Part shown: one piece after another, positions 9,463 to 18,601 of the stretch
Layout of the letters: each line of letters begins with the position of its first letter
Position numbering within the stretch: position 1 is the first letter of the stretch
Source of the DNA: a virus
Taxonomy: Duplodnaviria; Caudoviricetes
Direction: 5' to 3' (one strand)
DNA: 62,241 nt
IMG/VR virus record: IMGVR_UViG_3300037485_001606
Span: 1-62,241 of that record
The notes under the pieces: model-generated
What the model was told of the DNA's origin: nothing
Seen by the model: only the letters and a program-made list of their open reading frames with translations
Databases searched by the model: none
Made by a program: the position numbers and the translations under genes

Positions 9463-10377
9463 ATGGCAATTACCCGTTCCCAACTAGTTAAAGAACTCGA
9501 ACCCGGCTTAAATGCCCTGTTTGGTCTGGAATACAAGCGTTACGAAAACGAGCACGAAGAGATTTTCTCTATCGAAACCTCGGATCGTGCGTTTGAAGAA
9601 GAGGTCATGCTGACGGGCTTCGGCTCCGCTCCAGTGAAGACCGAGGGCGCTGGCTTGGCATACGATACCGCTTTGGAATCGTTCACTGCTCGCTACACCC
9701 ACGAAACCATCGCTATGGCGTTTGCGCTGACGGAAGAAGCCGTTGAGGACAACCTCTATGACCGTCTTTCTGCTCGTTACACCAAAGCTTTGGCTCGCTC
9801 CATGGCCAACACTCGTCAGGTAAAAGCTGCCTCTGTGTTGAACAATGGCTTCACTGGCGGTCAGTATGCTGGTGGTGATGGCGTGGCCTTGATGGCCCTC
9901 GACCACCCCACTGCATTGGGCCCCAACTTTGCTAACCGTCCAGTAGTTGCTGCTGACTTGAACGAGACATCCCTCGAGCAAGGCATCATCGACATCGCAT
10001 CGTTCACAGACGAGCGCGGCCTGAAGGTTGCTTTGACAGCCCGCAAGATGATTGTTCCTAAGGAACTGCAGTTCACTGCAGAACGCCTGATGAAGAGCAC
10101 CTTGCGTACTTCCACTGCTGACAACGATATCAACGCAATCAAGTCCATGGGCCTGATTCCCGAAGGTTACGCTGTCAACCACTACCTGACTGACGTGGAT
10201 GCATGGTTCCTGATCACCGACGCGCCTAACGGCCTGAAGATGTTCAACCGTTCACCCATCAAGACAGCCTTCGAAGGTGACTTCGATACAGGTAACGTCC
10301 GTTACAAGGCCCGCGAGCGTTATAGCTTCGGCTGGTCTGACCCACGTGGTATCTACGGTTCACCCGGCGCGGCCTAA
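9463..10377 (+). CDS. Major capsid protein (Mu gpT-like family)
   Basis: MAITRSQLVKELEPGLNALFG start and RYKARERYSFGWSDPRG end; strongly biased codons; followed by a terminator. Confidence 0.9.
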   Translation: MAITRSQLVKELEPGLNALFGLEYKRYENEHEEIFSIETSDRAFEEEVMLTGFGSAPVKTEGAGLAYDTALESFTARYTHETIAMAFALTEEAVEDNLYDRLSARYTKALARSMANTRQVKAASVLNNGFTGGQYAGGDGVALMALDHPTALGPNFANRPVVAADLNETSLEQGIIDIASFTDERGLKVALTARKMIVPKELQFTAERLMKSTLRTSTADNDINAIKSMGLIPEGYAVNHYLTDVDAWFLITDAPNGLKMFNRSPIKTAFEGDFDTGNVRYKARERYSFGWSDPRGIYGSPGAA

Positions 10378-10393
10378 GCGTTGAAGAAAATGG

Positions 10394-10422
10394 AAAAGGG
10401 GCCTTGTGCCCCTTTTTCTTTT
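10394..10422 (+). terminator. Rho-independent terminator after the major capsid gene
   Basis: AAAAGGGGC-cttgt-GCCCCTTTT stem followed by a T-rich tract. Confidence 0.85.
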
Positions 10423-10441
10423 GGGGTATATTGTCACCATC

Positions 10442-10510
10442 CCCGGACTTCCGGTGTATCTGACGGCTCCGGGCCGACGACATGCAGACAGATACGCCTA
10501 ACTTGCATGT
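10442..10510 (+). ncRNA. Candidate structured RNA (double pseudoknot) downstream of the capsid gene; may correspond to the Mu-gpT-DE motif
   Basis: Three interleaved pairings: 10442-47/10468-73, 10453-62/10489-98, 10480-87/10503-10; the last abuts the AAGGA RBS of the next gene. Confidence 0.6.
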
Positions 10511-10522
10511 AAGGAACCTATC

Positions 10523-11125
10523 ATGGCATTGACCACCTTCTCCGGCCCAGTCCGATCCCTCAATGGTTTTATCTCCGGCACCGCTACCGACCCCGTGTCT
10601 GTAACCACCGCGGGCAACATTACCAGCGCATACGGCACCACTTCAGCCACAACCGGCGACACCCGCTTGGTCTATGACAAGCTGACCTTCACAAGCACAG
10701 GCTCTGGCGAAACTCTCCGTGCTCTCTCTGTTGTAACTGGCGCAGGCGCTGCCGCCGCGGGCACGATTAACGGGGCACACATCAGCACTGAAATTGACAC
10801 CCCCGGAACCATCTCCGGCGCTGCTAATGCACTTCGCGCTACTTTGGGCGGCACGTCAGTTGCCCCCGGTGGCACCTTGGCTGCTCTCCAGTTGGACACC
10901 AACTTTGCATCTGGCGTGACAACCCCCGCCACATCATCGTTCATTCGCATCTCCGACAGCGGCGCGGGCACAGGCAAGATCAATAACTTCCTGAACATTG
11001 AAGCAGGCCCTGCGGCTACTATTGTTGCCACAGGCGGCGCTACTGCCAGCGGCACGATCAAGAAAATCCCAATTCTCATCGCTGGTGTTACGTATTACCT
11101 CCAAGCCGCCACGGTTTATAGTTAA
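10523..11125 (+). CDS. Putative capsid-associated fibre/decoration protein (Gly/Thr/Ala-rich)
   Basis: MALTTFSGPVRS start, small-residue-rich beta composition, position after the capsid gene. Confidence 0.65.
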   Translation: MALTTFSGPVRSLNGFISGTATDPVSVTTAGNITSAYGTTSATTGDTRLVYDKLTFTSTGSGETLRALSVVTGAGAAAAGTINGAHISTEIDTPGTISGAANALRATLGGTSVAPGGTLAALQLDTNFASGVTTPATSSFIRISDSGAGTGKINNFLNIEAGPAATIVATGGATASGTIKKIPILIAGVTYYLQAATVYS

Positions 11126-11292
11126 TGCAAATTACCAAGGAATTCTTGGAAACTGAGATTTGTGACCTAGAAGCAGAAGCCCAGAAAGCCCAAAACTTTC
11201 TGGTCCAAGCTCAGGGCACAATCCAAGCGTACAAGATGCTGATTAATAGATTGGACGCGCCAGAAGTGGACGACGCCCAGAAAGGAGCCTGA
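11125..11292 (+). CDS. Small coiled-coil protein (55 aa, MQITKEFLETEI...), not in the ORF track
   Basis: TAATG stop/start overlap with the upstream gene; fills the gap to 11294. Confidence 0.7.
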   Translation: MQITKEFLETEICDLEAEAQKAQNFLVQAQGTIQAYKMLINRLDAPEVDDAQKGA

Positions 11293-11293
11293 T

Positions 11294-11584
11294 ATGTTTC
11301 AGTTTGACGTAAGAGCGAAGACGATGACTTCGACTGCTGCCACAGGCATCGGTCAACCACGTGCTCGTATCAAAGCAATTTACTACGTTGCAGGCACAGC
11401 AGGGTCAATTTCTTTCAAAGATGGCGATGCCAGTGGCGAAGAGAAGATTCTTTTGGCCACCCCTGCCAGTACCGCAGGTAATGGCTCCACTTATGTTCTG
11501 GTCCCCGGCGACGGCGTAGTGTTCAAGGGCGACCCCTATCTCACCATCACTGGTCCCACCTCGGTGACCTTCTTTTACGGTTAA
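11294..11584 (+). CDS. Conserved-type virion-module protein (96 aa)
   Basis: AAAGGAG RBS; ends VTFFYG. Confidence 0.75.
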   Translation: MFQFDVRAKTMTSTAATGIGQPRARIKAIYYVAGTAGSISFKDGDASGEEKILLATPASTAGNGSTYVLVPGDGVVFKGDPYLTITGPTSVTFFYG

Positions 11585-11594
11585 GGAGTCCATC

Positions 11595-11780
11595 ATGGGA
11601 CGTGCAGCAAAAATGGCAATTGATCAGTACCAAGGCGAAGTTCAGCCCGGTGCCAACAAACAGGACATGTCTAAGGGCGGTCCAAAACAAACTCCTCGCA
11701 AGGATTACCAGAAGCCTTTTGCTTCTCCATCCCCACGCGGCGTTGGGGAAGCCCGGAACAAGCCCTGTAAAATGTACTAA
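11595..11780 (+). CDS. Small basic protein (61 aa)
   Basis: AAGGAG RBS; RGVGEAR..KMY end resembles the 12273 gene (RGVGAAR..KIY). Confidence 0.7.
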   Translation: MGRAAKMAIDQYQGEVQPGANKQDMSKGGPKQTPRKDYQKPFASPSPRGVGEARNKPCKMY

Positions 11781-11782
11781 TC

Positions 11783-12043
11783 ATGGCTAAAACTCCTGCT
11801 TGGCAACGTAAGGAGGGCAAGTCCGAAAAAGGCGGGTTGAACGCCAAAGGACGTGCCTCTGCAAAGGCTCAAGGAATGAACTTGAAGCCACCGGCACCTG
11901 CGCCTAAGACCAAGGAAGCAAAAGGACGCAAGGCGTCCTTTTGTGCAAGGATGGAAGGCATGAAGTCCAAATTGACAAGCGAGAAAACAGCCCGTGATCC
12001 AGACAGCCGAATCAATAAAAGCCTTAGGGCATGGAAATGTTAG
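11783..12043 (+). CDS. Small basic protein, DUF6321-like
   Basis: MAKTPAWQRKEGK..GGLNAKGRAS..RKASFCARM..SLRAWKC. Confidence 0.7.
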   Translation: MAKTPAWQRKEGKSEKGGLNAKGRASAKAQGMNLKPPAPAPKTKEAKGRKASFCARMEGMKSKLTSEKTARDPDSRINKSLRAWKC

Positions 12044-12046
12044 ACC

Positions 12047-12292
12047 ATGGAAATGATGATCTGGAACGTCGTTCTCACGGCAATCGTAGGAATGCTCGGA
12101 TTCGTCGTCAAAGAGAAGTTTGCCGAGTTAAGCCGGATCAGCATTTTATTAAACAGAACACGGGAAGAAGTGGCGCGGGATCACATCACCCGTTCTGAGT
12201 TTAGAGCGGACATGCAGCAGCTACTTGATCGTTTTGATCGTATTGAACGAAAAATTGATGCAATAGGAGCGCATGATGCCCGCAGTAAGTAA
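12047..12292 (+). CDS. Small membrane-anchored coiled-coil protein
   Basis: N-terminal hydrophobic helix, LLNRTREEVA, coiled-coil tail. Confidence 0.7.
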   Translation: MEMMIWNVVLTAIVGMLGFVVKEKFAELSRISILLNRTREEVARDHITRSEFRADMQQLLDRFDRIERKIDAIGAHDARSK

Positions 12293-12686
12293 GAAGCAAA
12301 AACGCTTGATGGATGCAGCGGCACACAACCCTGCATTTGCCAAAAAAGTCGGGATTCCTGTTTCCGTTGCTAAGGATTACAGTGAGTCGAGCAAGGGTAG
12401 AAAATTTAGGAAAGGCGGTGACGCTATGAAATCATGTGGAACTAAAGCATACGCTAAGGGCGGACTGGCAATGAAGGGCGAGGGCATTGCCAAAAAAGGC
12501 TTTGCCAAGGGCGGCATGGCCATGTCTGGCGTGCCTAAAAAAGGTCAAATCAGTGCTTCCGGCCCTGATATGGCAGGCCCCCAAGGTAAGACTCTGAGCC
12601 AACCTGTCAAGAAGTCTGTTACAGGCGACAGCGTGCAGGTTCGGGGTGTTGGCGCAGCTCGCGCACGTACCGCAAAAATCTACTAA
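12273..12686 (+). CDS. Lys/Gly-rich basic protein with repeated xAKGG motifs
   Basis: AGGAG RBS; FRKGG, YAKGG and FAKGG repeats. Confidence 0.7.
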   Translation: MMPAVSKKQKRLMDAAAHNPAFAKKVGIPVSVAKDYSESSKGRKFRKGGDAMKSCGTKAYAKGGLAMKGEGIAKKGFAKGGMAMSGVPKKGQISASGPDMAGPQGKTLSQPVKKSVTGDSVQVRGVGAARARTAKIY

Positions 12687-12689
12687 GCC

Positions 12690-13370
12690 ATGACCACTTC
12701 CGGCGTTTCTGCCTACAACCTTGACTTCGATGAGATCATCCTCGAAGCGTATGAGCGTTGTGGCCTTCAAGTTAGGGATGGCTACGATGCCAGAACTGCC
12801 CGCCGGTCGATAAATTTGATGTTTGCAGAGTGGGCTAATCGCGGCCTGAATCTGTGGACTATTGAGCAGCGGCAGGTGATATTGGAAGCCAACGTGCATG
12901 AGTACGATCTGCCTGCGGATACGGTAGATGCCTTGTCTGCGGTAATTCGCACCAATGCAGGTACTTCCAATCAGCAAGACATCACCATTGACCGGATTGG
13001 CAGTGCTGAGTACCTGCATGTGCCCAACAAATATACGCCCTCGCGCCCTGCACAGTTTTATGTCCAGCGCACGGTCCCGGCCAAGCTATTCTTGTACCCT
13101 GCTCCTGATGCCACCCAGACTTACATCTTCCGGTACTATGCCATTCGGCGCATACAGGAAACTGGGGCGTTTACAAATACCGCGGACATCTCTTTCCGGT
13201 TTTTGCCTTGTTTAATCGCAGGGTTATCGTACTACTTGGCCATCAAGAAGGCTCCAGACCGGATTCAGATTCTCAAGCAGTTCTATGAGGAAGAGTTTGC
13301 CCGGGCTGCAGCAGAGGACCGTGAACGGTCAAGCTACTTCGCGGTGCCTACTTATACGGGGAACTACTAA
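12690..13370 (+). CDS. Putative head-tail adaptor / tail tubular protein
   Basis: MTTSG..YNLD start, EWANRGLNLWT, LYPAPD, RFLPCL; position in the structural block. Confidence 0.7.
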   Translation: MTTSGVSAYNLDFDEIILEAYERCGLQVRDGYDARTARRSINLMFAEWANRGLNLWTIEQRQVILEANVHEYDLPADTVDALSAVIRTNAGTSNQQDITIDRIGSAEYLHVPNKYTPSRPAQFYVQRTVPAKLFLYPAPDATQTYIFRYYAIRRIQETGAFTNTADISFRFLPCLIAGLSYYLAIKKAPDRIQILKQFYEEEFARAAAEDRERSSYFAVPTYTGNY

Positions 13371-13705
13371 TGGCCGCTGGTTACGCATCAGGCAAATTTG
13401 CAATTGCCCTGTGTGACCAGTGCGGGCAGAGGTTTAAGCTAAATTTGCTCATCAAGGACTGGAAGGGTTTTAAAGTATGCACAGAGTGCTACGAACCCAA
13501 ACACCCTCAGTTGGAGCCCAAGCGCAACATTAACGAGCCTCAGGCCCTGCTGCAGCCGCGTCCGGAGGCTCGTATGGGCGTCACGGTGTATGTAGGCTTC
13601 ACAGTAGACACTTCTTTTGCTAGTATTGGTATGCAACCAATGCCCCCTGCACGGCCTTTGGCCGCTGGAGCCATGCTTGGAGCGGTAACGACGAGCATCA
13701 CATGA
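13370..13705 (+). CDS. CxxC..CxxC putative zinc-binding structural-module protein
   Basis: CDQCG..VCTECYEPKHPQL; TAATG coupling. Confidence 0.75.
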   Translation: MAAGYASGKFAIALCDQCGQRFKLNLLIKDWKGFKVCTECYEPKHPQLEPKRNINEPQALLQPRPEARMGVTVYVGFTVDTSFASIGMQPMPPARPLAAGAMLGAVTTSIT

Positions 13706-14553
13706 ACTACACCCAATTAAGCAATGCCATTCAGGCATACACCAACAATACTGATCCCACCTTCATTGCGGAGATTCCAGTGTTTGTGCAGCAAACTGAG
13801 CAGCGCGTTTATAACGCTGTTCAGATTGCCAATCTACGCAAGAACATGACGGGCGGGCTTACTGCGGGCAATAAATACCTGACTTGCCCTACTGATTTCC
13901 TATCGGCGTATTCCCTTGCCGTCTATCCCCAAGCCAGCACAACTGCCACCGGGCTATCAGGCGCATTGACGATCACAGTGGCCAGTGCCACCAACCTTGT
14001 CATAGGCATGTATGTCACTGGGACAAATATTGCCACAGGCGCGGTAATTGTCTTGATTGTGGGCACGACGGTGACGCTAAGTTTGGCCAATACGGGCGCA
14101 GTCGCAGGAGCGGTGGATTTCCAAGGGGATTACACATATCTGTTGAATCGGGATGTGAATTACATCCGAGAGGTGTATCCAAACCCTGCTTATTTGGCTC
14201 TTCCAAAGTATTACGCCATCTTCGGACCAAATTCCAGCGACGTGAACGAGCTTACGTTCATCGTAGGCCCCACTCCAGATGTTTCCTATAGAGCGGAGCT
14301 TCATTTCTACTATTACCCAGCGTCCATTACGACTGTGACGAGTGGCACAACATGGCTGGGCGACAACTTTGATTCTGTCCTTTTGTATGGCTCCTTGGTT
14401 GAGGCATATACATGGATGAAGGGCGAGCAGGACATGATGGCGTTGTACGATGGCAAGTTTAAAGAGGCCGTTGGGCTACTCAAGAACTTGGGAGATGGCA
14501 AGCAGCGGGGCGATGCCTATCAAGATGGCCAAGTCAAACTTCCAGTAAGGTAA
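13702..14553 (+). CDS. Putative head-tail connector/tail protein with an inserted beta-rich domain
   Basis: MNYTQL start, PKYYAIF, GPTPD, TWLGDN..LLYGSLVEAY; ATGA coupling. Confidence 0.7.
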   Translation: MNYTQLSNAIQAYTNNTDPTFIAEIPVFVQQTEQRVYNAVQIANLRKNMTGGLTAGNKYLTCPTDFLSAYSLAVYPQASTTATGLSGALTITVASATNLVIGMYVTGTNIATGAVIVLIVGTTVTLSLANTGAVAGAVDFQGDYTYLLNRDVNYIREVYPNPAYLALPKYYAIFGPNSSDVNELTFIVGPTPDVSYRAELHFYYYPASITTVTSGTTWLGDNFDSVLLYGSLVEAYTWMKGEQDMMALYDGKFKEAVGLLKNLGDGKQRGDAYQDGQVKLPVR

Positions 14554-14556
14554 CCC

Positions 14557-14973
14557 ATGATCACAGCAGGATTGACCAACAGTTTCAAGGAGCAGCTCCT
14601 TTTGGGGATACACGACTTCAGCACAGACGTGATGAAGATTGCCTTGTACACCTCTGCTGCTGAATTGGGGCCAAATACTTTGGAGTATACGACCGTAGGC
14701 GAAGTATCTGGTACAGCTTATGTTGCCACGGGCCAAGTGCTAACGGGAACCATAGTTCAACGAACGTCCTATGTCGCATACGTTTCATTTGACAACCCCG
14801 CGTGGAATGCAGCTACGTTTACAACCCGTGGGGCCTTAATCTATAACTCTTCCAAGAGCAACCGATCAGTGGGCGTATTGAATTTTGGACTGGACCAGAC
14901 AATGCTGAGTCAGCAGTTCCAGATTCAGTTTCCTCCAGACAACGCGGACACTGCGCTTATCCGTATTGGATAA
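14557..14973 (+). CDS. Putative tail structural protein
   Basis: NSFKEQLL..HDF..KIALYTS..RGALIYN..VLNFG. Confidence 0.7.
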   Translation: MITAGLTNSFKEQLLLGIHDFSTDVMKIALYTSAAELGPNTLEYTTVGEVSGTAYVATGQVLTGTIVQRTSYVAYVSFDNPAWNAATFTTRGALIYNSSKSNRSVGVLNFGLDQTMLSQQFQIQFPPDNADTALIRIG

Positions 14974-14989
14974 GCAGCGAGATAAAGAC

Positions 14990-15068
14990 ATGGCCATCCC
15001 TCAACCCAGAAGTAATAGCAATCAGGCCGTGTGCATGCTAGACTTTGGCAATCATCAGACTTGGATAA
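14990..15068 (+). pseudogene. Collapsed remnant of a paralogue of the 14557-14973 gene
   Basis: Reads MAIPQ..SNQAVCMLDFG then, in a shifted frame, AIIRLG-stop, versus SNRSVGVLNFG..ALIRIG-stop upstream. Confidence 0.55.
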
Positions 15069-15077
15069 GGAACAATC

Positions 15078-15683
15078 ATGACAAAAGAACTCTCAAACTT
15101 TGGCGATAGCGCCATAGCTACTATGCAGTCCAACGTAGCTGGGTCAGAAACCGTAGGCGTCGAAGGCTACTACCATGTAGTGTGCAAGGATGCAGACGGC
15201 CAAGTGAAGTGGGAAGACAGCTTCCCCAACTTGGTAAATGCAATTGGCAAAGAGCTGATGCTGGACACGTTGCTATCAGGTACTTCATACACCACAGTCG
15301 GCCCGTTCTTGGGTTTGATTTCCGGAGCCAGCCCTACATTCGCGGCCGCAAACACCATGACCTCCCACAGCGGATGGACAGAGTTTGTTGACTACACCGT
15401 GGGCGGTTCCGCAGTACGGGGCACGGCAGTCTTTGGCGCAGCCTCTTCTACTGGTACCACTCCGACCAACGTGACCACAAAAACAGCCTCTTCCATCACC
15501 TACACCATCACTGGCGCAGGCGGAACAGTTGGCGGATGCTTCTTGGTCACAGGTTCTGGCGCATCGGCTACTTTAAGCAATACTGGCGGTTCTTTGTATA
15601 GCGCGGGTGCTTTCGCAGTGGCTAAGGTCACTACGGCAGGTGACACAGTCAGCGTCACATACAGCACGACTGCAACTTCTTAA
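15078..15683 (+). CDS. Putative tail structural protein (201 aa)
   Basis: AAGGAA RBS; VKWED..NLVN..G, LYSAG.F, GDTVSVTY. Confidence 0.7.
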   Translation: MTKELSNFGDSAIATMQSNVAGSETVGVEGYYHVVCKDADGQVKWEDSFPNLVNAIGKELMLDTLLSGTSYTTVGPFLGLISGASPTFAAANTMTSHSGWTEFVDYTVGGSAVRGTAVFGAASSTGTTPTNVTTKTASSITYTITGAGGTVGGCFLVTGSGASATLSNTGGSLYSAGAFAVAKVTTAGDTVSVTYSTTATS

Positions 15684-15695
15684 AAGGAGTCCTAG

Positions 15696-16952
15696 ATGGC
15701 TCTGGTTTTAGCTGATCGCGTCCAAGAGACGACGACAACGGCAGGCACTGGAACCCTCACCCTCGGTGGAGCGGTGAATGGGTTTCAAACCTTTGCCATT
15801 ATCGGTAACTCCAATACATGCTACTACACCATCGTAGATGGTTCGGCATGGGAAGTGGGCATTGGCACGTACTCAACTACGGGGCCTAGTCTTGCGCGTA
15901 CTACCGTTTTGTCGAACTCCAATGGCAATACTACTCCGATTACGCTTTCAGCAGCTTCCAAGCCAGTCTTTGTTACCTACCCGGCAGAGAAGTCCGTCAA
16001 TGTGGATGACGGCAGTACCGTTGTACTTTCTGGGGGTTTGAAGATAAATGGCACTCTTGAGACCAACAGTAACCCGTATGTTGGTGGAAGTTATGGCGGC
16101 AATCAGTTCTACCCGACCAATGGGGGCGGGGCGCAAGTTAATAGTTTGTACGATGGTGTCGCCACCGTCAATGTAGGCACTGTAGGCACTATTGCAAAGA
16201 CGTTTACGTTTGACATCAATGGAAACTTTCGTGCGAACAATGTGTTTACGGGGTTTACCAGCACCACTACCACTGGTGGGACCACCACGCTTACGGTGGC
16301 ATCGGCGGCATACCAAAGGTTTACAGGGACACTGACTCAGGTAGTCCAACTGCCTGATGCGACCACGCTATCAACTGGGTTTGTTTTCACCCTTGATTGC
16401 GACAGCACCGTAGCCATTACCGTCGTCAACGCCGCTTCCGGCGCACTTGACACAATCTACCCCGGGGGCGTAGCAAACTTCGTCGTGATCAGTAATGCCA
16501 CGGTGGCGGGCACATGGGTCGCGCATGGCTTAGTTCCCTCTGATGTTGATTGGGGCACAAACACTCTACGTTTATCCACCACGGTGGTCACTGGTGGAAC
16601 TTGGCAAGGCGGCACAATTGCCGGGGGCTTTGGCGGTACGGGCCTGACTAGTTTCTCGGCTGCCAATAATGCCCTCTATTCCACGGGCACGACCACACTG
16701 ACCGCGGGCACTCTCCCAATTCTGGCGGGCGGCACGGGCACCACAACAGGTACTTCGCCCTATGCAACAAATATTGCAGGAGGTGGTGCGTACCAAGTGG
16801 TATATCAAACATCGGCAGGAGTGACAGCCTTTGTTACAAATGGCACAACAGGGCAGGTTCTGACTGCCAATACAGGTGCTGCACCAACCTTCCAGACATC
16901 CACTGCGGCGTCTAAGTCCTATGCGCAGGCAATGCGTATTATGGGTATCTAA
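15696..16952 (+). CDS. Tail fibre-like protein
   Basis: MALVLADRVQETTTT N-terminal domain, Thr/Gly-rich body, GTTGQVLT and LPILAGGTG fibre motifs. Confidence 0.75.
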   Translation: MALVLADRVQETTTTAGTGTLTLGGAVNGFQTFAIIGNSNTCYYTIVDGSAWEVGIGTYSTTGPSLARTTVLSNSNGNTTPITLSAASKPVFVTYPAEKSVNVDDGSTVVLSGGLKINGTLETNSNPYVGGSYGGNQFYPTNGGGAQVNSLYDGVATVNVGTVGTIAKTFTFDINGNFRANNVFTGFTSTTTTGGTTTLTVASAAYQRFTGTLTQVVQLPDATTLSTGFVFTLDCDSTVAITVVNAASGALDTIYPGGVANFVVISNATVAGTWVAHGLVPSDVDWGTNTLRLSTTVVTGGTWQGGTIAGGFGGTGLTSFSAANNALYSTGTTTLTAGTLPILAGGTGTTTGTSPYATNIAGGGAYQVVYQTSAGVTAFVTNGTTGQVLTANTGAAPTFQTSTAASKSYAQAMRIMGI

Positions 16953-16963
16953 CAGAGACAGCT

Positions 16964-17830
16964 ATGTTTGGAATCTCCAGCTTTGCTCAAGCCCCCTTTG
17001 CTTCACTTGCAAGCACGGGATATGCTTTTACGCTGGTGGAGAATGTTGGAGTTGAGGATGCAAACTCGCAGCGATATGACTACGCTCAATCGATGGTCGA
17101 GGCCTTCACCTCAGGGGATGTCAACTCTCAGGCGTCCATCTATTTTGTAACGCTAAACGAGAACTTCTCCGCCGAAGATTTCAGCGCACAGGTCTCCGCT
17201 TATTTACAGGCGCTATCCGAAAACGTCAGGTTGGCAGACAGTGTGGCTATCGTAGCCGGTTTCTCCCAGTCTCAGACGGAAGCCAGTTCTATAGCGGACT
17301 CGTTTGCCGTGTATACGGCGTTACTAGAAGCCCGGGTAGAGAATGCAACCATGGCGGATTTCAGCACTCAAACATCTGCTTTTTCCCAGAGTAAAACAGA
17401 AAATAGCGGGCTGGGGGATTTCAGCACACAGGCTTCTGCCTATCTCCAGTCCATTGTGGAAAACTCAACATTGGGGTCAGTGCAGGCCAATACAGCGCAA
17501 CTTCTGCAGTCCATCATTGAAAATGTTGTATCAGGGGACTCTTCTGCTGCCGGGCTGGTCTTCATTACCTCGATCATCGAAGAATTATCGTCCGCAGCAA
17601 ATCAAGTAGCAGTTGCCCAGCTTTTCCAAAGCGTTGTGGAGCGGCTGACCAGTGCAGAAGTAATATTGACGCAGACAACATTTAGAGCGGCAGTTGTTGA
17701 AAACATGGCATTGTTGGATAATCCAGCGGTGTCCGCATGGATAAAGATCATCGATACGCAGGCCTCGGATTGGGTGGTAATCAGCGATACTCAAAGTAGC
17801 GACTGGACTTTAATCTCTAATGACCAGTAA
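16964..17830 (+). CDS. Repeat-containing tail-associated protein (about 20-aa repeats)
   Basis: MFGISSFAQAPFASL start; recurring S..EN....D.S.Q period; Trp-containing C-terminal repeats. Confidence 0.7.
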   Translation: MFGISSFAQAPFASLASTGYAFTLVENVGVEDANSQRYDYAQSMVEAFTSGDVNSQASIYFVTLNENFSAEDFSAQVSAYLQALSENVRLADSVAIVAGFSQSQTEASSIADSFAVYTALLEARVENATMADFSTQTSAFSQSKTENSGLGDFSTQASAYLQSIVENSTLGSVQANTAQLLQSIIENVVSGDSSAAGLVFITSIIEELSSAANQVAVAQLFQSVVERLTSAEVILTQTTFRAAVVENMALLDNPAVSAWIKIIDTQASDWVVISDTQSSDWTLISNDQ

Positions 17831-17839
17831 GGAAACACT

Positions 17840-18592
17840 ATGGCAGTAACCAATTTCTCGCCTCTACTTGGCCTTGCGCTACCCACCACGGGTGACCTGC
17901 AGGGTACGTGGGGCACTATCGTCAATACCTCAATTACGAGCTTGATTGATTCCGCAGTTGCGGGGACGACTACGCTTTCTGCGGATGCCGACGTCACGCT
18001 GTCCACGACGCTCGGCGCTGCCAATACGTCCCGTGAGGCTATCATTCTGTGGACCGCTACGGGCACCGTTACGCGTAACATCACAGCCCCTGCCCAATCC
18101 AAATCCTACATTGTCATCAATGCCACGGGCGGAACGCAGTCCATCGTGATCCGCGGCGCGGGTCCGACAACAGGCGTTACCATTCCTGCCGGTGTACGCG
18201 CTTTGGTGGTATGGAACGGAACTGATTTTGTTAAGGTTGTCAGCCCTATCACGCTCACCACCGACGTAATAGGTATCCTTCCTGTAGCCAACGGAGGCAC
18301 AGGGACATCATCAACTACGTTTGTTAATCTGGCAACTAATGTGACGGGCACTCTTCCTGTGGCCAACGGAGGCACAGGAACAACATCCACTACGTTTGTT
18401 AATCTGGCAACTAACGTCACGGGTACTCTCCCTGTGGTAAATGGTGGTACTGGAACTGCTACTCCCACGCTGGTAGAGGGGGCTAATGTCACCATCACCG
18501 GGACATGGCCCAATCAAACTATTGCGACCACGGACACCAGTGGTATCACCGCTGGTAAATCTATCTCATTTGCAATGATCTTCGGCTTCTAA
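17840..18592 (+). CDS. Tail fibre protein with VTGTLPVANGGTG repeats
   Basis: LGLALP.TG..GTWG..VN N-terminus; tandem 25-aa repeats; GKSISFAMIFG end. Confidence 0.8.
   Translation: MAVTNFSPLLGLALPTTGDLQGTWGTIVNTSITSLIDSAVAGTTTLSADADVTLSTTLGAANTSREAIILWTATGTVTRNITAPAQSKSYIVINATGGTQSIVIRGAGPTTGVTIPAGVRALVVWNGTDFVKVVSPITLTTDVIGILPVANGGTGTSSTTFVNLATNVTGTLPVANGGTGTTSTTFVNLATNVTGTLPVVNGGTGTATPTLVEGANVTITGTWPNQTIATTDTSGITAGKSISFAMIFGF
18278..18454 (+). repeat. 75-bp tandem coding repeat (about 2.4 units) in the tail fibre
   Basis: Units begin at 18278, 18353 and 18428 and encode LPVANGGTGTxSTTFVNLATNVTGT. Confidence 0.9.
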
Positions 18593-18601
18593 GGAAACAA
18601 A

